From the NCBI GenBank assembly GCA_009914755.4, contig CP086569.2, forward strand, positions 20,896,001 through 20,960,000: a DNA stretch of 64,000 nucleotides, read 5' to 3'. Positions within the stretch are counted from its first letter, which is position 1. Every line of letters begins with the position of its first letter. The notes beneath the pieces were generated by a model, which was given only the letters and a program-made list of their open reading frames with translations, was not told where the DNA came from and ran no database searches. This DNA is from the human T2T-CHM13v2.0 reference genome, Homo sapiens. This document shows, in pieces, positions 15,491 to 24,504 of the stretch. Both the position numbers and the translations under genes were made by a program.

Positions 15491-15752
15491 TACTGTTTCT
15501 GAAATTTCTAAACCATTTATCAACATCTGTACTATTCACTTCACACATTTCAGACACCAAACAAAAAGGAATATGAAAAACATAGTTTAATATAGTTTCT
15601 TAAAAAAAAGACACACAAATATTCTCATGTCCTCAAAAATCATGGAAGAGCACTCCAGTTATGCAGATTTATGCAGATTTATCAGTCTATGTGATAAAGT
15701 GGCCCAGACTGTAAACTTCAAAGAGTTCACTGAAATAAAAAGAGAATCACTG

Positions 15753-15877
15753 GCCGGGCATGGTGGCTGAAGCCTGTAATCTCAGCACTTTGGGAGACCG
15801 AGGTGGGCAGATCATGAGGTCAGGAGATTGAGATCAGCCTGGCTAACATGGTGAAATCCTGTCTCTACAAAAAATAC

Positions 15878-15911
<34 letters not shown>

Positions 15912-16070
15912 TGGTGTGGTGGTAGGTGCCTGTAATCCCAGCTACTTCAGCGTGAGGCAGGAGAACCATTCAAAGGAAGCAGAGGTTGCAGTGACCTGAG
16001 ATCACGCCACTACACTCCAGCCTAGGTGACAGAGCAAGACTCTCATCTCAAAAAAATAAAAATAAAAAAA
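15753..16070 (+). mobile_element. Alu SINE with an A(~33) linker
   Basis: ggccgggcatggtggctgaagcctgtaatctcagcactttgggagaccgaggtgggcagatcatgaggtcaggagattgagatc... The target-site duplication is AAAAGAGAAT (before 15753 and after ~16070). Confidence 0.9.
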
Positions 16071-16395
16071 GAGAATTATTTAAAAATTCAAGAACATAGG
16101 ACAGGAAATGTCTCTATTTTTGAATATAGGAAAAAAAATTGAGGTTTCTTAGAAATTATTTTCATTGCAGCAGAGATTCCTAAACTACATGTTAAGACCT
16201 GAATTTCTGCTTGAACTTTTGTCCTCTTGCTTGTGTTGTCTATTAATACTACTTCTTTCACTCTCATCTTCCTGAGTGTTTGGCTACTATCTCACGTTTC
16301 TTCACATTTTAGGGACTTTTCCCTTACCCGAGACAGGTGATTAGGTCTGGGTTAGAAATAGTGGTACCTGTTTTATTTTTAAAAAGATTAACATA

Positions 16396-16614
16396 TTCAA
16401 GAGATCGAGATCATCCTGGCTAACATGGTGAAACCCCGTATCTACTAAAAATACAAAAAAATTTGGCCAGGCATGGTAGCGGGTGCCTGTATTCCCAGCT
16501 ACTCTGGAGGCTGAGGCAGGAGAATGGCTTGAACCCAGGAGACAGACGGAGCTTGCAGTGAGCCGAGATTGTGCCACTGCACTCCAGCCTGGGTGACAGA
16601 GTGAGACTCCATCT

Positions 16615-16661
<47 letters not shown>
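16396..16661 (+). mobile_element. 5'-truncated Alu SINE (starts near Alu position ~65) with an A(41) tail
   Basis: The sequence runs ttcaagagatcgagatcatcctggctaacatggtgaaaccccgtatctactaaaaatacaaaaaaatttggccaggcatggtagcgggtgcctgtattcccagctactctggaggctgaggcaggagaatggcttgaacccaggaga..., ending in 41 A. A perfect ~14-bp target-site duplication, AAAAGATTAACATA, lies at 16382-16395 and 16658-16671. Confidence 0.85.
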
Positions 16662-16663
<2 letters not shown>

Positions 16664-16838
16664 TTAACATAGTGCTTGCTGCAGATTTTTCAATTAACAA
16701 CCTTGAAGTGTGCTTAGTAGAAAAGATACATTATATAAAATTTTAGATAATTAATCAAAAAATGGTTTTCTGACAGAATCTTTAAATATTTAAGAAATAT
16801 TCTAAATATATGAGTTATTAGTTTTATTAGCCTAGTAC

Positions 16839-17459
16839 TGTGTCTGGAGTTGGTTCCTTCTGGTGGGTTCTTGGTCTCACTGACTTCAAGAATTAAGCTG
16901 CAGACCTTCGCGGTGAGTGTTACAGCTCGTAAAGATGGTGTGTCCGAAGGTTGTTCCTTCAGATGTTCAGATGTGTCCAGAGTTTCTTCCTTCCAGTGGG
17001 TTCGTGGTCTCGCTGACTTCAAGAATGTAGCTGCGGACGTACATGGTGAGTGTTACAGCTCTTAAATGTGCTGCGGACCCAAAGTGTGAGAATCAGCAAG
17101 AATTATTGTGAAGAGCAAAAGCTTCCACAATGTAGACAGGGACCTGAGAAGGTTGCCACTGCTGGCTGGGGTGGCCAGCTTTTGTTCCCTTATTTGTCCC
17201 CACCCATGTCCTGCTGATTGGTCTGTTTTACAGATTGCTGATTGATGAGGTTATAATCCTTTAGCTAGTCACAGATCAATGATTGGTGCATTTTTACAGA
17301 GTGCTGATTGGTGTGTTTACAATAATTTAGCTAGACACAGCGTGCTGATTGGTGTGTTTTTGCAGAGTGCTGGCTGGTGTGTTGACAATCCTCTAGCTAG
17401 ACAGAAAAGTTCTCCAAGTCCCCGCTCGACCCAGGAAGTCCAGCTGGCTTCATGTCTCA
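16839..17459 (-). mobile_element. 3' LTR (LTR12-like; U3 with CCAAT repeats, then R-U5), 621 bp
   Basis: On the minus strand it starts TGAGACATGAAGCCAGCTGG right after a polypurine tract AGAGGGGGGGAC. It ends ...GTGAGACCAAGAACCCACCAGAAGGAACCAACTCCAGACACA. The sequence is shared with the 21587-22344 copy. Confidence 0.8.
17210..17405 (-). promoter_or_regulatory. U3 tandem repeat block with CCAAT boxes (plus strand GATTGG), NF-Y-type enhancer repeats. Three long units.
   Basis: Repeated units tgctgattggtgNNtttacaatcctttagctagacacag alternate with a shorter unit tgctgattggtgcatttttacagag. There are six GATTGG-type motifs, two of them degenerate. Confidence 0.55.
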
Positions 17460-18185
17460 GTCCCCCCCTCTAAACAGGGCACCCCAACTGCTGTTGGGAA
17501 TTGGGCGATGATTGCTCTAGCTACTTCCTGCTGGATAGGGGTGAAGAAGGGCCCTGCAGTTGTAGTGTCCTCTGGAGGGGAACACTTTAGGCCAGTCAAA
17601 GGGCCAGTGGGTTGGTCCAGGGGTCTGCAGTAGAAGTTGTTAGTTGAGGTCATTTGGGGTTCCATTTGTAAGACCATCTGTAGCTTGATGGTCTTGATCC
17701 TAGAGGAAACAAATTTGACAAGGAGATTAAAAATACAGGGACCAAAGGTGAGTAATAGCAAGATGGCTGTCATGGGAACTAGAAAGGGGAGAAGCCATGT
17801 CACCCAACTCCAGAGGTTGGTATAAGAGTTTGAAAGGTATTGTCTGATTTCATAAGCCTTTTCCTATAAATGCTTGGGTGCATCTTGTAACATCCCTGAT
17901 TGGTTAGTGTAAAAACAACACTATTCCCCTAAGAAGGTGCAGAGTCCTCTTTTCTCAACAGTAGGAAGTCTAGGCCTTGGCAGTTTTGGAAAGTCACTGC
18001 TGTCAAAGAGTCTATTTGGGATTGTAGAGTAAGGATAGATTTTGTTATTTCTTGCAAACTGTCTGAGAAATTCTTTGAGAGTGTGTGTTAGTAGGATAAT
18101 AAAGTAGATAAAGTGGCTATTCCGGTTCCTGCAGCAGTAGCCATTTCTAACCGTCTAAGTAGGGGTATTAGTTGTGTGGCTCTGT
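17450..18185 (-). pseudogene. Retroviral env transmembrane (TM) subunit remnant. The SU subunit is deleted.
   Basis: ORF 17450-17803 (117 aa) closely parallels the HERV-W/syncytin-1 TM C-terminus (GPCIFNLLV.FVSSRI...KLQMEP.M.S....RPLD.P). Upstream, reverse-complement ~18110-18185 gives ...LIPLLRRLEMATAAGTGIATLST, a cleavage-site and fusion-peptide-like stretch. The ORF reads through the polypurine tract into the LTR, ending at the TGA that begins the LTR. Confidence 0.6.
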
Positions 18186-18189
18186 GCTG

Positions 18190-18650
18190 ATGGACTTGAG
18201 CTTTGAGGGGTACTGATAGAGTCTGATTTCCTGGGGCAATGTCAATGTTGGGAATTAGGAAGACTCCCAGAATTGGGGTATTTCAGGGACTGGTGCATTT
18301 TCTTACTAGGACTTGAGCTTTTAAATGTCTAACAATATCCTGTAATCCTTTATGAACCTCAGGCCTTAGGATATTGCCTTTGATAAAGAAAAGTGGTGGG
18401 GTCTTTTCACCTGATTTGGACTGCATAGGCTTTTTTTCCCCTTCCAAATTGTCCTTCCAATGCCCAGACTTCAGGATTGATTCCCTCCTCAAGCAAGGGA
18501 CAACAAATGATTAACTTGTGCCCCATATTCATGTAGATAATAGCTCCAGCTTTGGCTAATATGTCCCTCCCTAATAAGGGTGTGGGACTTTCAGGCATAA
18601 CAAGAAGGGCATGTGAAAAGAGCAAAGTCTCCCAATTACAACTGACGAGG
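18190..18650 (-). pseudogene. Protease C-terminus plus reverse-transcriptase N-terminus remnant. The rest of pol is deleted.
   Basis: ORFs 18407-18625 (...PTPLLGRDILAKAGAIIYMN...CPLLEEGINPEVWALEGQFGRGKKAYAVQIR) and 18283-18492 (...PLFFIKGNILRPEVHKGLQDIVRHLKAQVLVRKCTSP) are followed by NTPILGV. The homology then stops about 50 bp before the env TM begins. Confidence 0.55.
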
Positions 18651-20313
18651 TGGGAGAAATACCTGGTTACAAGCTGCCCCAGGATTCCTCAATGGTAATG
18701 GACCTTGAGGACAGCTGTCTGGAACAGGAGATTAACACTGAGAAAGCCACACCAGTATCTTGGAGGAAGTCAATTTTCTGGCCTTCAGTGGTTAAACATA
18801 CCCAGAGCTTAGTGAGAGTGATGAAACGAGCTGGTGCTTGCCCCAGGTGCCCTCAGTGTGGTTGTTGGATCATCTGGTTGGGGGCTTCTGGCCCAGAGAA
18901 CCTTTGTCCTCTGGGGCAGGGCACCTTCCAGTGATTGCCTCAGCATAGTGAACATGGGTGAGGGGGCAGCTTGTTTCTTGTTGGACAGTCTTTTTTAAGG
19001 TATCCTTGCAAACCACACTGGTAACAAGCCCTACTGGGTGACTGGCCTGCTCCATTTTCTGTCCTCTCTGAACCACCAAGGTTTGTTTGTCTGAGGGCCA
19101 TGACTAAGGCAGGGGAATTTATCTGATCTCACTTTTCCTTTTCAGCCTGTTCCTCTTGGTCCCTATTATAGAACACCAAGGTTGCCAGGTTTAATAATGC
19201 CTCCAGATTTTGTTCAGGGCCCAGGGCTCACTTTTGGAGCTTTCTCTTGATATCTGCAGCTGATTGGGTAATAAACTTATCTTTTAGGATCATTTGACCC
19301 TTGAGGGAGTCAGGTGATAGGGGAATATATTTTCTTAAGGCCTCTTGTAGCTACTGTGGAAGGCAGAAGGATATTCTTCCTTTCCCTGACTTATGGTGGA
19401 TATCATTGTATAATTCATGGGCTTTTTCCTAATTCTCCTTAGTCCTTCTAGAGTACAGGTCAACAGATGTTTGTGACTCCAGTTCCCATGATGTGAGTCA
19501 AGATACCAGTGGGGATCTATGCTGGGTACAGCTTGCTGACCAGTAGGGAATTTATCCCTTTCTTTCGTTGTCATTCTATCATTTACTTGACTATGGTGCC
19601 AGATATCTCCAAACTCTCAGGCTGCAGCTAAAGCTGCATTCTTTCATTAAAGGCCAGGATTTGATCTATCACTAGCATGACATCTTTCCAAGTGAGATTG
19701 AAGGTTTGCCCTAGACCCTGTAGGACATCTATGCACCCATCAGCATCATCTGAAAACTTTCCCAGGTTTACGTTGATCTACTTTAAATCAGAGAGGGAGA
19801 AGGGGACATGTACCCAGGTTGGGCCAAATTCCCCTACTCCTACAGCTTGAAGGGGACATAACCGATAGCCCGGGGGAGGGGGCTGTGGTCCCTTGGAGAT
19901 TTATTTCCTTGTTCCCTTCTGGGAAGGGGAGATTAGAGGAGGCTTATCATTAATAGGAAGGGGAGCTATAGGGAGACTAGGATATGGGGGTAAGCTGAGA
20001 GGTCCTCTTGTGGGAAGTAAATTGAAAGTTTTGTATAGTTGTGGATTCTCCTTCAATGAAAAGAAAGCTTGGACATAAGGTATTTCACTCCATTTGCCTT
20101 CCCTCTTACAGAAAATGTCAAGCTGCAGGCTAGTATTGCAATTTATGCTTCCCTCAGGTGGCCATTTTTCCCCTTCAGAGAGAGAATATTGGGGCTAGCC
20201 ATAGTGCAGAAAAAAATAAGCTGCTTGTTTTTCAGGGTTTGTGGGTCAAATTGGTCTCAGTGGCTTAGGATGCATTTCAAGGGTGAGGCTGTTGATGCCT
20301 GAGTGTTTCCCAT
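18650..20313 (-). pseudogene. Gag remnant (MA-CA-NC region) with a premature stop after about 19 codons
   Basis: The start codon is at 20313-20311 on the minus strand (MGNTQASTASPLKCILSH then stop). The capsid segment is ORF 19335-19574: MTTKERDKFPTGQQAVPSIDPHW...NWSHKHLLTCTLEGLRRIRKKPMNYTMISTISQGKEEYPSAF. Confidence 0.65.
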
Positions 20314-20360
20314 CTGAAACAAACAAAAAAATGCCTGGCTTTCGTTTGTTTGTTTCCCCC

Positions 20361-20687
20361 CTCTTTGCCCAAGAACCCTCAACAGTCCCTGGACCCTGCT
20401 CCTCAGAATAGTTGTGCTTAGCAATGCAGCAGCAGAAACCCCTCTTGCCCAAGAACTCATTATGGTCCCTGGACCCTGCTGATCGGAATAGTTGCACTCA
20501 CTGAAGCAGCAGCAGAAACACTAGTTTTCCTCTTAGACCACAAAGAGGACCAAAGAAAGTTGGATTTAGTGGCCCTTACTGATGCATTCTTGAAAACCTG
20601 CACCCTTGCCTGTCCTCTTAGACCACAAAGAGAACTCAGAAAAATCAGCTTTAGTGGCCCTTACTGATGCATTCTCAAAAACCTGAT
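20361..20687. repeat. Two adjacent tandem duplications (about 80 bp x2 and about 73 bp x2) in the provirus leader between the PBS and the gag start
   Basis: The 20361-20440 unit is near-identical to 20441-20520 (...ttgcccaagaac...ccctggaccctgct...gcagcagcagaaac). The 20529-20600 unit is near-identical to 20614-20687 (cctcttagaccacaaagag...tttagtggcccttactgatgcattct.aaaaacctg). Confidence 0.7.
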
Positions 20688-21544
20688 AGAGTCCTAAGTG
20701 TTCTCCTGTTAGTCCTAGGACCTTACTCCTGTCCTATAAAGATGTTATGGACCCAAAATGAATTGGAGGGCCATACCCTGAGGGAGGGAAGGAATCTCCA
20801 GGCTTGGAAGAGTGACACCTTTTTTCATCACTTTTCATCATATGAATAAGAAGGATGTCATTTCTGGGCTCCCCATATCCTAGCTTCAGGAATAGCTTTT
20901 TTCTTAGGCCTGCTAGTCTGAGGAGGGATCCTAAAATTCCAGATGAAACTTTGGGCAAAAATTATGTCTTTCTGATTGGTGAGCTCAGGTACCTAAAGAA
21001 AGGAACAGAATCCTGAAGTTTATAATAGAAATAAATCTTATAGGAGAAAGTAGAAAAGCACCAGAGACAGGGAGTGGTTTTTAGAAGTGTGACTAGCCTT
21101 GGAGAAGAGAGGCAAGAGGAAGTTTGTCTGACAGGTATCAGGATCTAGGAGTCAAGGGTCAGGATAGATAGGATAAATGGGTAAGTCTCACTTGGGCGAC
21201 ATGACTTTGTGAGTTCTATTTATGGCTATGGGGTCAACCAACTTTTTTTGGGACCCTGGGGTTGAATGGCTTCCCTTTCTGTTGGCCCTCAGCTCAGCCC
21301 AGAAGTACAGGAAAAGCAGAAGCTTGTTCCAGGCAAACCAACACTCCCAACTCCATAGATTTGGGAGTTGTTAGGGAACCCTTTCCCAGAAGGCCTGACA
21401 TCCGTGTCTTTAGTCTGGTGATAGCACTAGTTGCTTTTAACTGGCCCAACAGGTGCCCCGTATTTAGCACCCAGATTCTAAGGAAAAATAGGACAGAATA
21501 GCAAGTGAAAGGGGTAGGATGGTACTCACTGCTTGGCAATTGTC

Positions 21545-21586
21545 CTGCCACAGTCACCAAGATGTGTCCCTTCACGGTCACCAAGA
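21545..21586 (-). other. Primer-binding-site region, tRNA-Arg-like, with a local ~20-bp duplication
   Basis: The minus strand, immediately 3' of the 5' LTR, reads CATCT TGGTGACCGTGAAGGGAC ACATCTTGGTGACTGTGGCAGG. TGGTGACCGTGAAGGGAC matches about 15 of 18 positions of the PBS complementary to the tRNA-Arg 3' end, which is the ERV9 type. Confidence 0.45.
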
Positions 21587-22344
21587 TGTGTCTGGAGTTG
21601 ATTCCTTCCGTTGGGTTCTTAGTTTCACTGACTTCAAGAATCAAGCCACAGACCTTCATGATGTGTGTTCCAGCTCTTAAAGATGATATATCTGGAGTTT
21701 ATTCCTTCAGATGTTCAGATGTGTCTGGAGTTTCTTCTTTTTGGTGAGTTTGTGGTCTTGCTGACTTCAAGAATGAAGCTGTGGACCTTTGCAGTAAGTG
21801 TTACAGCTCTTAAAGGTGGTGCATACCCAAATAGTGTGCAGCAGCAAGATTTATTGTGAAAAGCGAAAAAACAAAGATTTCAGAGTGTGGAAGGGGATCC
21901 GAGTGGGTTGCCGCAGCTGGCTGGGGTAGCCAGCTTTTATTCCCTTATTTGTCCCTGCCCACATCCTGCTGATTGGTCCATTTTACAGAGTGCTGATTGG
22001 TGAGTTTACAGTCTTTAGCTAGACACAGAGAACTGATTGCTGCATTTTTATGGAGTGCTGATTGGTGCATTTACATTCCTTTAGCTAGACACAGAGTGTT
22101 GATTGCTGCATTTTTACAGAGTGCTGATTGGTGAGGTTACAATCCTTTGGCTAGACACACAGTGTTGATTGGTGCATTTTTACAGAATGCTGATTGGTGC
22201 ATTTACAATCCTTAAGCTAGACACAGAGTGCTGATTGGTGCGTTTTTACAGAGCACTGATTTGTGTGTTTACAATCCTCTAGCTAGACAGAAAAGTTCTC
22301 CAATCCCCACTCAACCCAGGAAGTCCAGCTGGCTTCACCTCTCA
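21587..22344 (-). mobile_element. 5' LTR (LTR12-like), 758 bp. It is about 136 bp longer than the 3' LTR because of two extra U3 repeat units.
   Basis: The minus strand starts TGAGAGGTGAAGCCAGCTGG at 22344 and ends ...CCAGACACA at 21587, next to the PBS. It is collinear with 16839-17459 outside the repeat block. Confidence 0.8.
21965..22295 (-). promoter_or_regulatory. U3 tandem CCAAT-box repeat block, five long units
   Basis: There are ten GATTGG-type motifs (three degenerate) in alternating units of about 41 and 25 bp, the same unit structure as 17210-17405. Confidence 0.55.
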
Positions 22345-23095
22345 ATACTACTGAATTAAAATTAGTGGTAAAAATTGAATATAAAGTTATGGGTAACAAT
22401 ATTTTACTCCACTAAGTTTTCAAAATTACTGCTAATCTAGAGTAAAGGACACAAAGTGGCTCAAGAAAAAAGAATGAGCTTCATGCCAAGATAAAACATC
22501 TTGAAGATTTTCTTTTCTGCAACAAAAACTCCCAATTCCTCTTGAAAAGTGAAACTAAAATTAATTCATGCAGAGCAGAAGCTCCCAACAGACATTCTAC
22601 AAAGGAAAAAAAAAAAAAAAACTTAGGGAGACCCAGTTTCTCTAGTTCTCTAACATCACATCCCTACATAAATTTCACTGGGTAGTGTCCAAGGCATTTT
22701 CTCTACTCCAGAGAAAACTACATGGTCACATTTCTGAATGTAAACCATCCCTTAAAAAATACATGTATTTACTGAGTGACAGAGTTCTTAATTTGACTGC
22801 AGATGAAATGAGTTAAGAAAACTACTTCTGACTTATATGAGTGACTAATGTTATCCAGTAAAATAATTTTTAATACAGTAATATTCTGTAAAATTTACAC
22901 CTCTTAGAACAAAAATGGCATGCCAGAAATTTTTGCTGCTAAAATGGAAATATGAGCCACAATGACCTGCCCTTTTCAAACCTGAACAGAGAAAGCCATG
23001 TCACCTCCTTTGTGAGCAAAAGATGAACTCAACCTTTTAGAAGCCCTCATGCTTGACTGTGGCCTCACCATAGAATCATGTGAGGCACTTAATTA

Positions 23096-23120
23096 AAACA
23101 AACAAACAAACAAAAAAACA
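23096..23120. repeat. (AAAC)n simple repeat
   Basis: aaacaaacaaacaaacaaaaaaac. Confidence 0.7.
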
Positions 23121-24151
23121 GGGCTTCTCACACCCAGAACAATGCACAAAATCTATGTGGAGGGTACCAGTGATGGCATCTGTTTAAACTGTTCATATAA
23201 TTCCTATTGAAAGACTGGGCTTAGACTCACTTAGTGAAGTTTTTCCTCAAAAACTTCAATGTGCATATAAATTATTTGGTATTCCATGCCTCACTGTAAG
23301 TAACATGATTCCACAGATTTTAAAAGGGTCTATGAATTAACTTTTTAAAACACACCACGTGTTAATGCTAATGATATTCCTTCTAAACTCATTATAGTAG
23401 CATTCAGCGAGAGAAAAGAGGGCACAGCACAGAAGGTCCCTTACCTTAACACACATATCACAACACAAATACTTTTAGTCCAAAGAAAAAGACTAAAAAT
23501 CACCATCCTAAAATATGACATTTTCTGCAGCCTCTTTAAAGTTTACAGAAGCTATAAATTGTGCCAATGTCTGAGTCTGCATTTGAAAAACACATTTGCA
23601 AATGCATTAATGAAAAGATTACGTAGCATGTACTGTGTTCAGGATTCTGTTACAGAGTGGTGAGCTGGGACCTCACATAATGTGTGTTAATCCAGGTAAA
23701 ACTGTGTGAGATGGGTACTAAGTTTTCCAGAATTTTCAGAATCTAAATGCAGGGTTCAGTATTTATAATCTACTTCTGTTTTTCTATCATTGATTTTAAA
23801 AAGATTTGTGCAAAAACAATGCTCAAAATAGATACATGAGAGAGATAAAGGAAGTGTTAAGTGTAGTTGAAAGAGATTTTTGTGTGTGTGTCTGCATTTA
23901 CATTATTGAGACTTGTGGAAAAACTAGTGGAATTGTAGATATGGAAAATAGGTTTCTACGTGGGATGCCTATAGAAACACTGATTTCAATTTAAAAAAAA
24001 AAGAAATTAAGGCCCCCAAATATATGGCTTTGTTCTCACTTATTTGTTTTTTGGTTTCAGGAAATTGTGAGCACCAGCTAGCTCTGAAGAGGAAGCAGAA
24101 GCAACAACCCCAAATAATGATTAGTCCTCTAATTAGTTCAGTAAGAGATTC

Positions 24152-24504
24152 TGACATGGTTTGTCTCTGTCACTTCTGAAATATCATCTTGAATTCTCAC
24201 GTGTGATGAATGAAACCCAGTGGGAGTTAATTGAATCATGGGGGCGACCTTTTTCGTGCTGCTCTCATGTTAGTCAATAAATCTCATTAAATCTAATGGC
24301 TTTGTAAGGGGGAGCTTCTCTGCACAAGCTCTCTGTTTGCCAGCTGCCATCCATGTAAGACGTGAATTTCTCCTGCTTGCTTTCTGCCATGATTGTGAGG
24401 CCTCCCCACAAACTTGGAACTGTAAGGTCATTAAATCTCTTTCTTTTGTAAATTGCCAAGTGCCTAGTATGTCTTTATCAGCAGCATGGAGATTGACTAA
24501 TACA
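24152..24504 (+). mobile_element. MaLR 5' LTR
   Basis: tgacatggtttgtctctgtcacttctgaaatatcatcttgaattctcacgtg...gtctttatcagcagcatggagattgactaataca. Confidence 0.8.

Larger units (their letters stand above)
16839..22344 (-). mobile_element. Class-I endogenous retrovirus provirus, ERV9/HERV-W-like, with LTR12-type LTRs. It is internally deleted: gag, pro, RT N-terminus, then env TM.
   Basis: Two same-orientation LTRs lie at 16839-17459 and 21587-22344. Minus-strand coding remnants between them match gammaretroviral and HERV-W-like proteins. Gag: MGNTQASTASPLKCIL and MTTKERDKFPTGQQAVPSIDPHW...LEGLRRIRKKPMNYTMISTISQGKEE. Protease: PLLGRDILAKAG. RT N-terminus: LLEEGINPEVWA...GRGKKAYAVQIR then LRPEVHKGLQDIVRHLKAQVLVRKCTSP.NTPILGV. 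Env TM: ATAAGTGIA fusion-peptide-like, then ILLLLTFGPCIFNLLVKFVSSRIKTIKLQM at the C-terminus. Confidence 0.8.

Noticed and set aside
17450-17803. 117-aa env-like ORF as a possible intact syncytin-like gene
   Set aside because: Only the TM C-terminal portion is open. The SU subunit and most of pol are deleted, the upstream TM region is in other frames, and the ORF terminates by reading through the polypurine tract into the LTR. It is a remnant. It may still be worth checking for expression.
17210-22295. CRISPR-like appearance: regularly spaced ~41-bp direct repeats separated by ~25-bp 'spacers'
   Set aside because: The units are the CCAAT-box (GATTGG) U3 repeats of an LTR12-type retroviral LTR, present in both LTRs of a eukaryotic provirus. 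The 'spacers' are themselves a repeated short unit. There is no leader, no cas context and no prokaryotic sequence.
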